A DNA stretch of 64,000 nt from Thermoplasmata archaeon. Lineage in GTDB: Archaea; Thermoplasmatota; Thermoplasmata; GCA-020350865. The notes under the pieces are model-generated. The model saw only the letters and a program-made list of their open reading frames with translations. It ran no database searches and was not told the DNA's origin. Within the stretch, counting starts at the first letter, position 1; each line of letters opens with the position of its first letter. Both the position numbers and the translations under genes were made by a program. Where the stretch lies: contig CP070751.1 of NCBI GenBank assembly GCA_020348445.1, positions 4,537,709 to 4,601,708 on the forward strand. The letters are read 5' to 3'. Below are positions 9,926-20,164 of this stretch, in pieces.

Positions 9926-11080
9926 TCAACGTCCCGGTGGTGGAGGCGGCTCCTCTTCCTCCTCCTCTTCTCCAGGTAATCTTCGTGGGCCCTTTTGATG
10001 CGGGATGTGGGCGATCTCCTCTGATCGCGTCGCTTCCTTCTCCAGCTCCCTTTCTATGGTCTCAAGCTGTTTTCTGATTTCACCTGGTTTTGGAATTTCC
10101 CCCAGGACGTCCTCGGACTTGCCCACCATCTTTTCAAGATCCTCATAGGTTGTGGGTGTCGATTCAGGTGTCTTTCGGGAGACACCAATGTAATCCGAGG
10201 CACCCTCAATCAGCCTGGTGAGCTCGAACGGGAAGATTATCTTCGTGGCCTGACCGTTGCCTAATCCCTTTACAGCATCAATTGAAAGCACAGTCAAAGC
10301 CTTCTGATCCAGTGGTGCAGCACCCATTGCCAAAATGCGCAGTTTCTGTGCCTCACCCTGTCCTTCGAGGATGGTGGCAAGTCTCTGGCCCTCTGCTTCA
10401 AGGACCTTGGACTGCCTTATACCCTCTGCCTGGAGAATCCGAGAGCGCTTGTCACCCTCCGCAACCAAAATGGCGGCTCTCTTTTGTCCATCAGCCCTGA
10501 GAATTGCTGCTCTTCGCTCTCTCTCTGCAGAAGTCTGCTCCTCCATTGCTGCCTTAACTGGGCCTACTGGATCCACCTCTCGAATCTCTACTGCATCCAC
10601 CTTCACACCCCATGCGTCGGTTGCAGTATCCAGTATGTCCCTCAATTTGGCATTAATCACTTCCCTATTGTATAAAATCTCGTCCAGTTCCATCTCACCG
10701 ATAACAGATCTCAGCGTGGTCTGGGCCAGAAATACGGTAGCCTGGCGGTAATTCTGAACCTCATAATAAGCTTTGTAGGGATCCATGATCTTGATGTATA
10801 TCACAGCATCCACGTTAGTAGGCGAATTATCCTTGGTAATAACCTCCTGCCTCGCAACGTCAAGGGTCTGGAGCCTCAGGTCCATGAACGTTACCCTAGT
10901 TATCATGGGGATGACCCAATGAAAACCAGGATTTAACATCCCCTTAAATGATCCCAGAACTTCAACTAAACCCTTCTGATACGGCCGCACAATGCGAATA
11001 CCGCTTGCTATGACAACCACAATCGCTATTATAAGCAAAATACTAAGTCCTATCCATACACCTTCGCTTCCATTTGGCAT
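9926..11080 (-). CDS. SPFH/band-7 (stomatin-like) membrane protein
   Basis: N-terminal TM, RQEVITKDN, AQTTLRSVIG, WGVKVDAVEIREV, coiled coil AERERRAAILRADG, Glu/Pro-rich tail. Confidence 0.92.
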   Translation of the reverse strand: MPNGSEGVWIGLSILLIIAIVVVIASGIRIVRPYQKGLVEVLGSFKGMLNPGFHWVIPMITRVTFMDLRLQTLDVARQEVITKDNSPTNVDAVIYIKIMDPYKAYYEVQNYRQATVFLAQTTLRSVIGEMELDEILYNREVINAKLRDILDTATDAWGVKVDAVEIREVDPVGPVKAAMEEQTSAERERRAAILRADGQKRAAILVAEGDKRSRILQAEGIRQSKVLEAEGQRLATILEGQGEAQKLRILAMGAAPLDQKALTVLSIDAVKGLGNGQATKIIFPFELTRLIEGASDYIGVSRKTPESTPTTYEDLEKMVGKSEDVLGEIPKPGEIRKQLETIERELEKEATRSEEIAHIPHQKGPRRLPGEEEEEEEPPPPPGR

Positions 11081-11092
11081 AATCTCACATCC

Positions 11093-11593
11093 TTAAACCT
11101 CAACTTCCCCTTTTATCTTCTTTGCCGCAATCTCCTCTTCTTTTACCTCTTCAACTATCACATGCACGCCATCCCAATCAATGACCTTCACCTTGCATCC
11201 TTTCGGGATCTCCACATCCGCTGTGGCGCTCCATATCTGTTGGTTGATTTTTACCTTGCCGTGAAGAGAATGCGGTTCTATCTCCTCAAGCACTATACCC
11301 TCCTTTCCCACATTGGATTCTGTTATGGTGGTGGCTGTGGGTTGTGTTCTGCCCAATTTCTGATAAAACATTATGGCAAATAGCATGGAACATGCAGTTA
11401 CAACAACCACGATTACTACAGATATTGGAGAGTCAAATAGAAACGGAAACACCATACCTATGATTCCCATTGCGATAAAGGCTGTACCAATAACACCGAT
11501 AAAAAATCCAGGAGTAGCAGCTTCCGCTATTATCAACACAATACCAAATATCAATAAGGCCAAACCAACAGTGGATGGATCAACAGCAGCCAT
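11093..11593 (-). CDS. nfeD: NfeD-family (short YbbJ-type) partner of stomatin
   Basis: TM N-terminus (AEAATPGFF) and C-terminal OB-like motif GKVKINQQIWSA...VKVIDWDGVHVIV, directly upstream of the SPFH gene. Confidence 0.85.
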   Translation of the reverse strand: MAAVDPSTVGLALLIFGIVLIIAEAATPGFFIGVIGTAFIAMGIIGMVFPFLFDSPISVVIVVVVTACSMLFAIMFYQKLGRTQPTATTITESNVGKEGIVLEEIEPHSLHGKVKINQQIWSATADVEIPKGCKVKVIDWDGVHVIVEEVKEEEIAAKKIKGEVEV

Positions 11594-11760
11594 GTACTTC
11601 CCCTCTTCGTAATTATCTATGAATATTTGTAGTTTTCTTATGGATATTGTCGTTTCTCATAACCCTAATTCTCTGATATAAAGGTTGCGTGGGATTTCAC
11701 AGGGAATGCCCAAATCTTGGATTCAAAGGGAAAATAACCCCTCTAACAGGCAATCAACCT

Positions 11761-11768
11761 TTTATATA
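11761..11768 (+). promoter_or_regulatory. Candidate archaeal TATA box for tfs
   Basis: TTTATATA about 37 nt upstream of ATG 11805. Confidence 0.45.
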
Positions 11769-11804
11769 TGTAAGACCTTTACCCGTCAAAATCTGGTGAG
11801 ATTT

Positions 11805-12107
11805 ATGTTTTGCCCTGAATGCAAATCACTGATGTTTCCCATCGAAGGATATTTTGAATGTAGAAAATGTAGTTTCAAGAAGAAGATCGAGGACTACCAG
11901 GCCACCACTGTTCAAGAAGCCACCGAGGAGAAGGAAACATTAGTTATAGACAGTGATTTAGAAACCCTCCCGAAAACCAGAATGGAGTGCTCTAAGTGCG
12001 GGCATAACGAAGCTTATTGGATAATCAGACAGACAAGGGCGGCCGACGAGCCCGAAACCAGGATATACAGATGCGTCAAATGCGGCCACACTTGGCGTGA
12101 ATTTTAA
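11805..12107 (+). CDS. tfs: Transcription factor S (TFS, RpoM/TFIIS-like)
   Basis: Two Zn ribbons (FCPEC...ECRKC; CSKC...CVKC) and the catalytic acidic hairpin QTRAADEPET. True start ATG 11805; the ORF-track extension is upstream non-coding sequence. Confidence 0.95.
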   Translation: MFCPECKSLMFPIEGYFECRKCSFKKKIEDYQATTVQEATEEKETLVIDSDLETLPKTRMECSKCGHNEAYWIIRQTRAADEPETRIYRCVKCGHTWREF

Positions 12108-12202
12108 ACGTAATAACTTGCTGCGATTTTAATATAAGATATAGTAAAAGTAATCGTGTTTTAGGTCGATAGATTTACATCCTTCTACATAGATTATACC
12201 TC

Positions 12203-12514
12203 ATGAACTGCTCTGTAATTTACGTCACGGCCAAGGATGAAGAGGAGGCAAAAAGAATCGCTGATCATCTCCTATCAAAACGCCTTATTGCCTGTGCGAA
12301 CATGTTTCCAATAAAATCGCTTTACTGGTGGAAAGGGGAAATCGAATCAGAAGGCGAGATTGCCATGATCATGAAGACCCAGGAATCACACAAAAAGAGC
12401 ATTATCTCCGAGATAAAAACACTGCATTCGTACGATGTTCCTTGCATAGAGTTTTTCACAATAAACGACGGCAATCCAGATTATCTAAAATGGATAGTAA
12501 GCGAGACGTCATGA
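12203..12514 (+). CDS. cutA: Divalent-cation tolerance protein CutA
   Basis: LIACAN...SLYWWKGEIE..GE...MKT...LHSYDVPCI signature. Confidence 0.95.
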   Translation: MNCSVIYVTAKDEEEAKRIADHLLSKRLIACANMFPIKSLYWWKGEIESEGEIAMIMKTQESHKKSIISEIKTLHSYDVPCIEFFTINDGNPDYLKWIVSETS

Positions 12515-12516
12515 GA

Positions 12517-13314
12517 TTATATCTTGATCCTGATTAGGTCTCCCTGCTTTGCTCCTAGAGTATCTTTTGCACTGCCTTGGTTTACGGCAATCTCAAAGAA
12601 TCCGCTGCTTGATATGGTTGTAATCAACTCTCCTTTTTCCCCGAAGCCGTAACTTTTTAAGAAATTCATTTCCTTTTTTATCCTATTATCTTTATTCACA
12701 AGCTCAATTTTTAATAACGAACCAAAATCGAAACATTCAGATATTATTTCCTTATCCAGGGAGGTTATCATGTTCCCGAATCTATCCACAAATATAATGT
12801 TCCCCTCCAGCATGTCATCATGTTTTACATGATGCTTAAGATGTAGTTCCACATATTCTTCAATTTCCTCACCTATTTCAGAAATAGACACTCCCTTGGA
12901 AATATGGGCTGCAACAGGTGCAAAGATATCCCGTCCGTGGAAGGTATCTGTAACTTCTTTTAAAAGGTACTTCTGATCGGAGATTCTAAAGGCCCTCTTT
13001 AGCCCCATTTTTATCGCACAAGGTATGAGTAAACCGTTGTCAGGGCCAACCAGATAACAATTTTCGCATTCGAGAACAAGGCCAATTCTCTCGGTTCCCA
13101 CCCCTGGATCCACGACACCCACATGAACTGCCCTTGGGAAATAGGAAGCCGTGGAATATAAAACGTATGCACCTTCGATTATGCCTTGGGGAGAAATAGT
13201 ATGGGATATGTCAACAATCCTTGCGTCTGGATTAATGTTGAGGATCACTCCCTTCATTGCAGCAACATACTCGCTTAATCCAAAATCAGTTGTAAGAGTA
13301 ATCACATTCTGCAT
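12517..13314 (-). CDS. SAM hydroxide adenosyltransferase (DUF62; chlorinase/fluorinase-like family)
   Basis: ITLTTDFG, DISH, VDPGVGT, GPDNG, TFHGRDIFAP, DRFGN motifs. Start ATG 13314 preferred. Confidence 0.92.
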   Translation of the reverse strand: MQNVITLTTDFGLSEYVAAMKGVILNINPDARIVDISHTISPQGIIEGAYVLYSTASYFPRAVHVGVVDPGVGTERIGLVLECENCYLVGPDNGLLIPCAIKMGLKRAFRISDQKYLLKEVTDTFHGRDIFAPVAAHISKGVSISEIGEEIEEYVELHLKHHVKHDDMLEGNIIFVDRFGNMITSLDKEIISECFDFGSLLKIELVNKDNRIKKEMNFLKSYGFGEKGELITTISSSGFFEIAVNQGSAKDTLGAKQGDLIRIKI

Positions 13315-13404
13315 AAATGCGTGATACACTTGGCTTCTATAATGCTTTTTGGAGGGAGAATTAAACCACAGTTTTTTATAGCATCATGAGAATAAACCAT
13401 CAAC

Positions 13405-13986
13405 ATGGAGCCAATCTATTTAGATGAGGAAAACGCCCCGGAAAAGGACTCGAAGAATAACAAATTAGGATTAGTTCTCAAGGCAATTGCCATGATCATG
13501 TTGATTCTAAGCCTCGTACTTCTTGCCTACGGTCTCATACCCCAGGAGAAGTTCCCACCTCGTTCTAAACACCTTCAAGGAGGAAATACAGGTTGCTTTA
13601 CAAGGATCGATGCCAATGAAGGCGACATATTGATTATAGATTATACCGTGGTTGGAACTGATGTATCATTTTACCTCACTTATGGTGAATCCTGGTGCGA
13701 GGGAAATTACGACTATATTGTAAAGAGCGACTCTGCCCGAGATGATCACTTCGAGGTGAACATAAAAGAGACTGGATATTATTATCTGAGCTTCGAACGC
13801 AACGAGGTTTCCAATACTGATTCCTTTGAAGTCGATTTGAGCTATAAAATCTTAAGCAGGTTCTCACCATTGTATCTTGTTTTAGGAGCGATATGCCTAA
13901 TAATTGGGATTGTCCTAACAGTAATTTACCTGGTTCTAAAAAGGAAACCCTCACTTTCAGAGGAGGATTCATATATTAGGATATAG
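13405..13986 (+). CDS. Hypothetical membrane protein (two TMs flanking an extracellular beta-sandwich)
   Basis: 193-aa ORF with N- and C-terminal hydrophobic helices and a beta-rich middle. Confidence 0.6.
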   Translation: MEPIYLDEENAPEKDSKNNKLGLVLKAIAMIMLILSLVLLAYGLIPQEKFPPRSKHLQGGNTGCFTRIDANEGDILIIDYTVVGTDVSFYLTYGESWCEGNYDYIVKSDSARDDHFEVNIKETGYYYLSFERNEVSNTDSFEVDLSYKILSRFSPLYLVLGAICLIIGIVLTVIYLVLKRKPSLSEEDSYIRI

Positions 13987-14006
13987 TCAATATTAAGGAG
14001 AAGACA

Positions 14007-14828
14007 TCATTTTTCATGGTAATGATCCAGCTTTCGCATCAAAAGATCCAGCTCATCTCCTTTTCCAACGTTAAGTGCGAAGATGCTGTGCATAAGCTGG
14101 CTTGGTTCGGTTTGGCTTTGAAGATCCAAGCCCTCCCTTTTGGCCAAACTTCTGTTGATAAAAAAACTGTGGCCAGATTTTAAAAGTTGGTTATAGTCCC
14201 TTGTTTCTCTTACTATCTTGTATTTTTTACCCTTAATATCCAAATTGCTGAAACCTATCCTCTGGGCACCATATTTGTAACGAATATACTTCTTACCCAT
14301 ATTCACATGAATGAGCGTGTCTTTTACTACCTCTGCTACTTCATAATATTCGTAGGCCTCTTTCTCCCTGTGTACGTAAATTGGATCGTCGAACACCACG
14401 ATATCTACTAGCCCCATATCCAGGTAAAGCTTGTTGAGCATATCGTCCCCAACAAACATATCTATTTGATGGCCTTCTCGTTCAATAGGCGATACAACCT
14501 CCATGATCAAATGGCTGTAGAGAGGAGAGCACGCGATACATGGGTTTGTCCGGTTCTTCAATCTACTTTGGTATCTTTTGTAGGTGTTTACCATCTCATT
14601 TCCGTGTTCAGAAAGAACTGTTCCTCTTGGGGTGCCTAAAATCAATTTTATACCCAACTTTTCTTCCAGATCCTTGATACGCCTGTGGAGGACTGGAACC
14701 GATATCCCCAAGGTTTGCGCAGCCTTGTTTTGGGAACGGGTGGTGGCTATTGCAATGAGTGCCTGAAGTTGCAGTATTGATATGTTAACACCATCGATTG
14801 TCAAGCGGATATCTGGGAGGATATTCAT
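14007..14828 (-). CDS. LysR/ModE-type HTH transcriptional regulator
   Basis: LQALIAIATTRSQNKAAQTLGISVPVLHRRIKDLEEKLGIKL...PRGTVLS matches the LysR HTH. Confidence 0.8.
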   Translation of the reverse strand: MNILPDIRLTIDGVNISILQLQALIAIATTRSQNKAAQTLGISVPVLHRRIKDLEEKLGIKLILGTPRGTVLSEHGNEMVNTYKRYQSRLKNRTNPCIACSPLYSHLIMEVVSPIEREGHQIDMFVGDDMLNKLYLDMGLVDIVVFDDPIYVHREKEAYEYYEVAEVVKDTLIHVNMGKKYIRYKYGAQRIGFSNLDIKGKKYKIVRETRDYNQLLKSGHSFFINRSLAKREGLDLQSQTEPSQLMHSIFALNVGKGDELDLLMRKLDHYHEK

Positions 14829-15184
14829 GGAACCGAACGATAATTCTTTGATTGGTAATTATAGTTGTGGTTATGGTTTAAATGGTCAATTGGATTTCTT
14901 TTGTTTGGCCCCCCTAAAACACGAATCATTCGTACTTCATATCAGATTATTTTGGGTGGAGGAGTGGGGATGGAGTCCTGAGGATTAAGACCTCAACATC
15001 TAATAGTATAATCGAAGGACAAAGTGTTTCTTGGGACCACCCCTAAATTAAAACCGAAAGTAACACTGCGGGTGGGAATTTTAATAAAGATGTGGAAAAA
15101 ATGTGATTAAAACTTTAAACAATTTGAAATATTTTGATGATTGTGCCAAAAAATATATAAATGTACATATAGCTATAATACCTG

Positions 15185-16657
15185 ATGAGCGGGGAGCGGC
15201 GCTTACGAATACTGGGGCTTCTAGGCCTCATGGCCATTTGCGCTATTTTCATAATAGCCAGCCAAGCTTGTGCTGATGAGGGTGAGGAAGGAGAAGATGA
15301 GTCAGATACTTTACTTTACCAACTCAATGATAACCAGAACCCAAATGGAAGCTGGGATGACGATTTAAATAATACCGTAATAGCTTTTGTTGCCAATTGT
15401 GATATTGGGGTTGCTGGGGGGTCCTATCGTTATAGATGGGATTGTTGTGACTTAGTTACCTATGACGCGATGGAATATACCACGAAAACCTACTCTTCAG
15501 ACGCTCCAGTGGAAACAAAAGCGCTTATCATTACACCCAGATATGAGGCGAGAGAGTCCCCTGATTCTAACGAATTCGTCAAGCTCCAGGATGAAGTTGA
15601 AGAGGATCTATTGGAGGACCAAGATCCGGACGGAAGCTGGAACGAGGATGTGGGCGACACTGCAATGGCAACATGGGCATTGGCAGGAGATGAGGAGCAC
15701 TCCGAAGCCGTGGAAAAGGGTGTTGATTGGCTTTTGGAGCAGGAAAATGAAGAGCATTCTTGGGGTTCAGTTGAGGATGATGCAAAAGCCATACTGGCCT
15801 TGGACAGTGCAGGATTGGATGTCTGGGATGAGTTAGCTACGCTTATGTTGAAGCAGAGGCCTGACGGCAGCTTTGGAGGAATCGAGGATACAGCCTGGGC
15901 TGTGATGGCTTTATCAACACATCCAAATAAGGAAAACATAGCCAGTATGGAAAGGGCCGTGACCTGGTTGAGAGCCCAAGACTACGACAATAATAGGGAC
16001 CTAGCATTAGCTGCGATGGCTGAGCAGTCCTATGAAAATGTAAAACCACAGGAAGATGATGATGGAGGCGAAAGTGGGTTCATACCTCCACCTTGGCTGT
16101 ACATTCTTTCTATATTAATTATAAGTTCACTTGTTCTATCTTACTGGCTGTTCGCTAGATTGGACAGGGATATGGAATTAGAGGGTGTGAGAAAGGAGCT
16201 TTACACCTATATCACAGAGCATCCTGGAGAGCACCTTGCCAATATAACCAAGAAGTTAAATCTAGGCTCAAGTAGTGCTAGGTATCACCTTTCAGTTTTG
16301 GAAGGAATGGACAAGATAGTGTGCCATAAGAACGGGAAATACAAGCGCTACTATGTCAACAAGAATGGTTACAGCAAGTACACCAATGGAAATGGATACA
16401 AACATATCATGTCTGCCCTGAAAAATGGGACGGCAAGGAAGATCGTGAAGTTCCTTTTATCCAACCCTGAATCCAACCAAAAGAACGTTTCAGAATCATT
16501 GAAAATCCATCCCTCCACCGTGAACTGGCATGCAGAGCGGCTAAAAGATGCGGAAATCATAAAGAAACACAAGAAGGGCAAGGAGATAGTGTACTCCCTG
16601 AACCAGGATGTGCAGTTGAGGAAGGTCATAGGTATAATCGAGGGCTCGCCTGCCTGA
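15185..16657 (+). CDS. Membrane-anchored regulator: signal peptide + prenyltransferase/squalene-cyclase-repeat domain + TM + tandem winged HTH
   Basis: QW-like repeats NQNPNGSW, DQDPDGSW, QENEEHSW, KQRPDGSF. TM PPWLYILSILIISSLVLSYWLF. Two wHTH units (HPGEHLANITKKLNLGSSSARYHL; NPESNQKNVSESLKIHPSTVNWH). Confidence 0.75.
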   Translation: MSGERRLRILGLLGLMAICAIFIIASQACADEGEEGEDESDTLLYQLNDNQNPNGSWDDDLNNTVIAFVANCDIGVAGGSYRYRWDCCDLVTYDAMEYTTKTYSSDAPVETKALIITPRYEARESPDSNEFVKLQDEVEEDLLEDQDPDGSWNEDVGDTAMATWALAGDEEHSEAVEKGVDWLLEQENEEHSWGSVEDDAKAILALDSAGLDVWDELATLMLKQRPDGSFGGIEDTAWAVMALSTHPNKENIASMERAVTWLRAQDYDNNRDLALAAMAEQSYENVKPQEDDDGGESGFIPPPWLYILSILIISSLVLSYWLFARLDRDMELEGVRKELYTYITEHPGEHLANITKKLNLGSSSARYHLSVLEGMDKIVCHKNGKYKRYYVNKNGYSKYTNGNGYKHIMSALKNGTARKIVKFLLSNPESNQKNVSESLKIHPSTVNWHAERLKDAEIIKKHKKGKEIVYSLNQDVQLRKVIGIIEGSPA

Positions 16658-16755
16658 TTTTTTAATTTTGACTCTTTTTATATCATTTTGACGAACGTGC
16701 CAACATTTTGACGATTAAGCCAAAAATACTTTTTATACTGATAAGGATGGTATCT

Positions 16756-19017
16756 ATGGTGAAAAAAATGTTTAACAGAAAAATTGTGGCCATCGGGATT
16801 TTATTCATAATCTCGATGCTTGTTGCAAACATGATTGTGGGCAATACAGAATACTCAAATCCAGAAAATAATGATTCTAAGCCAGGGTCTACTACCTTCC
16901 TGCATTTAAAGGATAATTCTGAAAACTCAGAATATATTGTTATCAGGGGTAGTGAAGGGATAATCTATCTTAAGATACCCAACAGTTTAGAGGATTATCA
17001 GGTGGAATATATAAGAAGTTATTATGAAGAGCAAATGGCAAATGAAATCCCTGAGGAGGAAATATCAGATAGTGAGGAGGCGGAAGGTCAAGGTCTAACT
17101 GAAAAAGAAGAATCTGAAACGAAACCATCTAGCACAACTGTATATTTGACAATTCCCAATGCATCAGAACCTATAGAGATAGAGGAGAAAATCATTACTG
17201 AATCCAATCAAAATACCTTGGAAGAACAAGAAGAAATCCCTCCCTTTTTTTACGAGGAACAAACTGACGAAATCAATAGATTTTCATCGTATGCAGAATT
17301 TATGGATTATTTAGGATATGACCCTAATAGTACTTCGACTAACTATGGAGATGAATATTATTTATATAATGGAGATTTAGCTAGATTACCTACGGACAGT
17401 GTAACTTCAATTAGTACCAGTTTCGGCCTTCCTTCTGTAAACTCAGGTTCTGGTTACTCAACCACAAATATCCAGGTATTGGGTGTGGATGAAGGAGACA
17501 TCATCAAAAACGATGCAAAGTACGCATACATCGTCTCAAAGGATAAAAAGAGCGTGATCATTGCAGATGTGTTTCCCGCCGAAACCGCAAGAATTCTCAC
17601 TAAAGTGATGGTCGATGGTTCCATCAGTGAGATTTATTTGCATTATGAAAAGCTGATTCTTTTGGGATCAATTGATTACTATAAGTTCTTTGTTTATACT
17701 TTCGATATAAAAGACAGAGCAAATCCTGATCTCATCGATAGTAACTCCTTCAATGGTAGAATCGTACAATCCCGTGTGGTAGGAGAGTATGTATATCTTA
17801 TTACCAATCAATACATATCACGATATACAAAAGAAGAAGACCTATCAGTTCATCCCTCCCAGATATGCTATTTTAACGATTCATCCACGTCTCGATCACT
17901 CACAACGATAATCTCTGTAAATGTTGTGGATACCTCAAAAGAGCCTGTCATAAGAGCGATTCTAATGGGATCTGGTAACAACATCTATGTTTCCGTAAAC
18001 AACATCTACATCACCTATACAAAATATGAATATCAGAACCAAAATCAGAATGACTATTTATACAGCTATTCATCAAGAATCGAAAAAACAATAATCCACC
18101 GTATTTCCATCGAAAACGGGATGATAGAGTATAAGGCCATGGGGAATGTTGCCGGAAGAGCATTAAATCGCTTTTCAATGGGTGAACACAGAGGCTATTT
18201 TCGGATAGCTACAACTACCGGATATGTCTCAAGAAGCGGAGAGAGCAGCGCTAACAACCATGTTTTTGTCATGAATATGAATTTGAATGTTGTAGGAAGT
18301 GTTTCAGATATTGCTCCAGGAGAGAGAATATACTCGGCGAGGTTCATGAGAGATAGGGCTTATTTAGTCACATTTAAAAAGGTGGATCCCTTCTTTGTCA
18401 TCGACCTTAAGAATCCACATGGACCAAGAATTCTGGGCGAATTAAAAATACCAGGTTACTCCAATTACCTACACCCATATGACGAAAATCATGTTATAGG
18501 AATTGGAAAGGACACAGTGGAGGCGGAACAAGGCAATTTCGCATGGTACCAGGGTGTAAAACTTTCCTTATTCGATGTCAGTGATGTGCATAATCCAAAA
18601 GAATTATCAAAATACATTATTGGTGACAGAGGAACAGGGTCACCCGCATTATATGACCCTCATGCGTTCTTGTTCAGCAGGGAAAAGAATACTTTGGTAA
18701 TACCAATCAACCTTGCCAAGATCAACCAAACAAAATATCCCGACGGGGCTCCACCCTTCACCCATGGTGAATTTGTCTGGGATGGAGCCTATGTGTTCGA
18801 TATCTCAAAAGAAAATGGATTCATTTTAAAAGGTGGAATCAGCCATTCTGAGGGTGATGAAGCACAGTCCGGATACTGGTATAGGTCCAGTAGTAAATCG
18901 ATACAAAGGTCATTTTACATAGATGATGTGCTCTATACTATGTCCAGTGATATCCTCGGGATGAACGGTTTGGATGACCTTTCGGAAATCAACAATCTGG
19001 TTCTAAGCGATGCATAG
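16756..19017 (+). CDS. Secreted beta-propeller-domain protein (Beta_propel family)
   Basis: STTNIQVLGVDEGDIIKND, LNRFSMGEH.GYFRIATT, IAPGERIYSARF, LVTFKKVDPFFVIDL, LGELKIPGYSNYLHPYD motifs. N-terminal TM. Exact start uncertain (16747/16756/16768). Confidence 0.88.
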   Translation: MVKKMFNRKIVAIGILFIISMLVANMIVGNTEYSNPENNDSKPGSTTFLHLKDNSENSEYIVIRGSEGIIYLKIPNSLEDYQVEYIRSYYEEQMANEIPEEEISDSEEAEGQGLTEKEESETKPSSTTVYLTIPNASEPIEIEEKIITESNQNTLEEQEEIPPFFYEEQTDEINRFSSYAEFMDYLGYDPNSTSTNYGDEYYLYNGDLARLPTDSVTSISTSFGLPSVNSGSGYSTTNIQVLGVDEGDIIKNDAKYAYIVSKDKKSVIIADVFPAETARILTKVMVDGSISEIYLHYEKLILLGSIDYYKFFVYTFDIKDRANPDLIDSNSFNGRIVQSRVVGEYVYLITNQYISRYTKEEDLSVHPSQICYFNDSSTSRSLTTIISVNVVDTSKEPVIRAILMGSGNNIYVSVNNIYITYTKYEYQNQNQNDYLYSYSSRIEKTIIHRISIENGMIEYKAMGNVAGRALNRFSMGEHRGYFRIATTTGYVSRSGESSANNHVFVMNMNLNVVGSVSDIAPGERIYSARFMRDRAYLVTFKKVDPFFVIDLKNPHGPRILGELKIPGYSNYLHPYDENHVIGIGKDTVEAEQGNFAWYQGVKLSLFDVSDVHNPKELSKYIIGDRGTGSPALYDPHAFLFSREKNTLVIPINLAKINQTKYPDGAPPFTHGEFVWDGAYVFDISKENGFILKGGISHSEGDEAQSGYWYRSSSKSIQRSFYIDDVLYTMSSDILGMNGLDDLSEINNLVLSDA

Positions 19018-19058
19018 ATATTAGTGCAAACCCCTCACGGATATCTGCCCCCTCCCCC

Positions 19059-19072
19059 TTTTTATTTTTTTT
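19059..19072 (+). terminator. Poly-T tract, candidate archaeal intrinsic terminator
   Basis: TTTTTTATTTTTTT about 40 nt downstream of the beta-propeller stop codon. Confidence 0.45.
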
Positions 19073-19143
19073 ATATATTAACCTCAATCCAATAAACAAC
19101 CCTCCTAAAATTAATTTATGTTGAGAACCTATTAGGATTTCGA

Positions 19144-20091
19144 ATGGAACCAAAAATCAGTGTTCAAAATGCGTCTGATGTAGATATGAAAAAGAATAAA
19201 AAAATGGAAACAGCAATGCAAATACTCTATGGTGGCGGGATACCCCAAGGTGCAGGTTTAAAAAATAAGATGCTTGCATTAATCTGTCTTCAAAGACCCT
19301 TGGTTGCTATTATGGGCCCCTTAATGTTCTTTGCTGGGGCTGCTTTAGCCCTAAAAGGGCTACCTTCATGGGAATCATTCATATTGGGTTTCATCGCAGT
19401 ATATATGCTCACCTCTGCAGAGCATACAATCGACGATTTCATAGACAAGGAAATAGACAAGGTAAAATGGCCTTCCCGACCCCTTCCAACTGAAACAATA
19501 CCAAGAAAGGTAGGGGGGGTTTACGGTGCACTACTTGGATCCCTTGGGATTCTCATATCCTATCTCATCTTCAACTGGCAGTTGGTGATAATTGAGCTGG
19601 TTGCCCTTGGATTTGGAACAGCTTACCCTTTTTTAAGAGATAGAATAGGATACCTCGTCCTACCAGGAATTCCAGCACTAATCGGTATAGGCGGTTGGGC
19701 AGCTTATTCACCTGATACATTGTTCACATCCCCTGTTCCATGGATATTGTATCTAGTCTTTGCAGCCTGGCAGGCATTCCATATCCTAACCCTGCCCTGG
19801 GCCCTTACACAGGCCAAGATATTCATTGTGAGGCCAAAGCCGAGGACTGTAGCTGAAATTTCCATGATTTTTTCAGTAATCACACTGGCTCTTGCCATCT
19901 TTCTGTCCCTTTACATAGAAAATGCTTTGATTTTCATAATTACAATGATAGTTATTTCCTTATTATTTTGGATTACCGCAATTCCACTTATTAGAGAGCC
20001 CACCAATACCGAAAATAGCCATCGGGCTGTTGTTGTTGCCACCAACTACAATATCATCATGTGCGCAGTTCTTATGCTTACCGTGATATAG
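19144..20091 (+). CDS. UbiA-superfamily prenyltransferase (paralog 1)
   Basis: Multi-TM protein with Asp-rich motif IDDFIDKEIDKVKWPSRPLPT. Confidence 0.82.
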   Translation: MEPKISVQNASDVDMKKNKKMETAMQILYGGGIPQGAGLKNKMLALICLQRPLVAIMGPLMFFAGAALALKGLPSWESFILGFIAVYMLTSAEHTIDDFIDKEIDKVKWPSRPLPTETIPRKVGGVYGALLGSLGILISYLIFNWQLVIIELVALGFGTAYPFLRDRIGYLVLPGIPALIGIGGWAAYSPDTLFTSPVPWILYLVFAAWQAFHILTLPWALTQAKIFIVRPKPRTVAEISMIFSVITLALAIFLSLYIENALIFIITMIVISLLFWITAIPLIREPTNTENSHRAVVVATNYNIIMCAVLMLTVI

Positions 20092-20164
20092 CAGATGGAT
20101 ACAATATCTTCTTCTACAAAAAAAAAATTGAAATGCCAATATTCCACAATAGAATGGGATTCCA

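Noticed and set aside
9935-9975. Low-complexity GGT/CCT-rich tract
   Set aside because: It encodes the EEEEEEPPPPP tail of the SPFH protein and is not an independent repeat element.
11685-11804. Upstream extensions of tfs (and of 20762, 50306, 551 and 16708 ORF calls)
   Set aside because: They cover promoter-like AT-rich sequence; homology and SD sites point to downstream ATGs.
14829-15184. 356-bp intergenic gap with short stems (ACGAA-TCA-TTCGT; GAGG...CCTC) as a possible ncRNA or riboswitch
   Set aside because: The stems are too short to exceed chance and no known RNA family is recognisable by eye. A covariance-model search would be needed.
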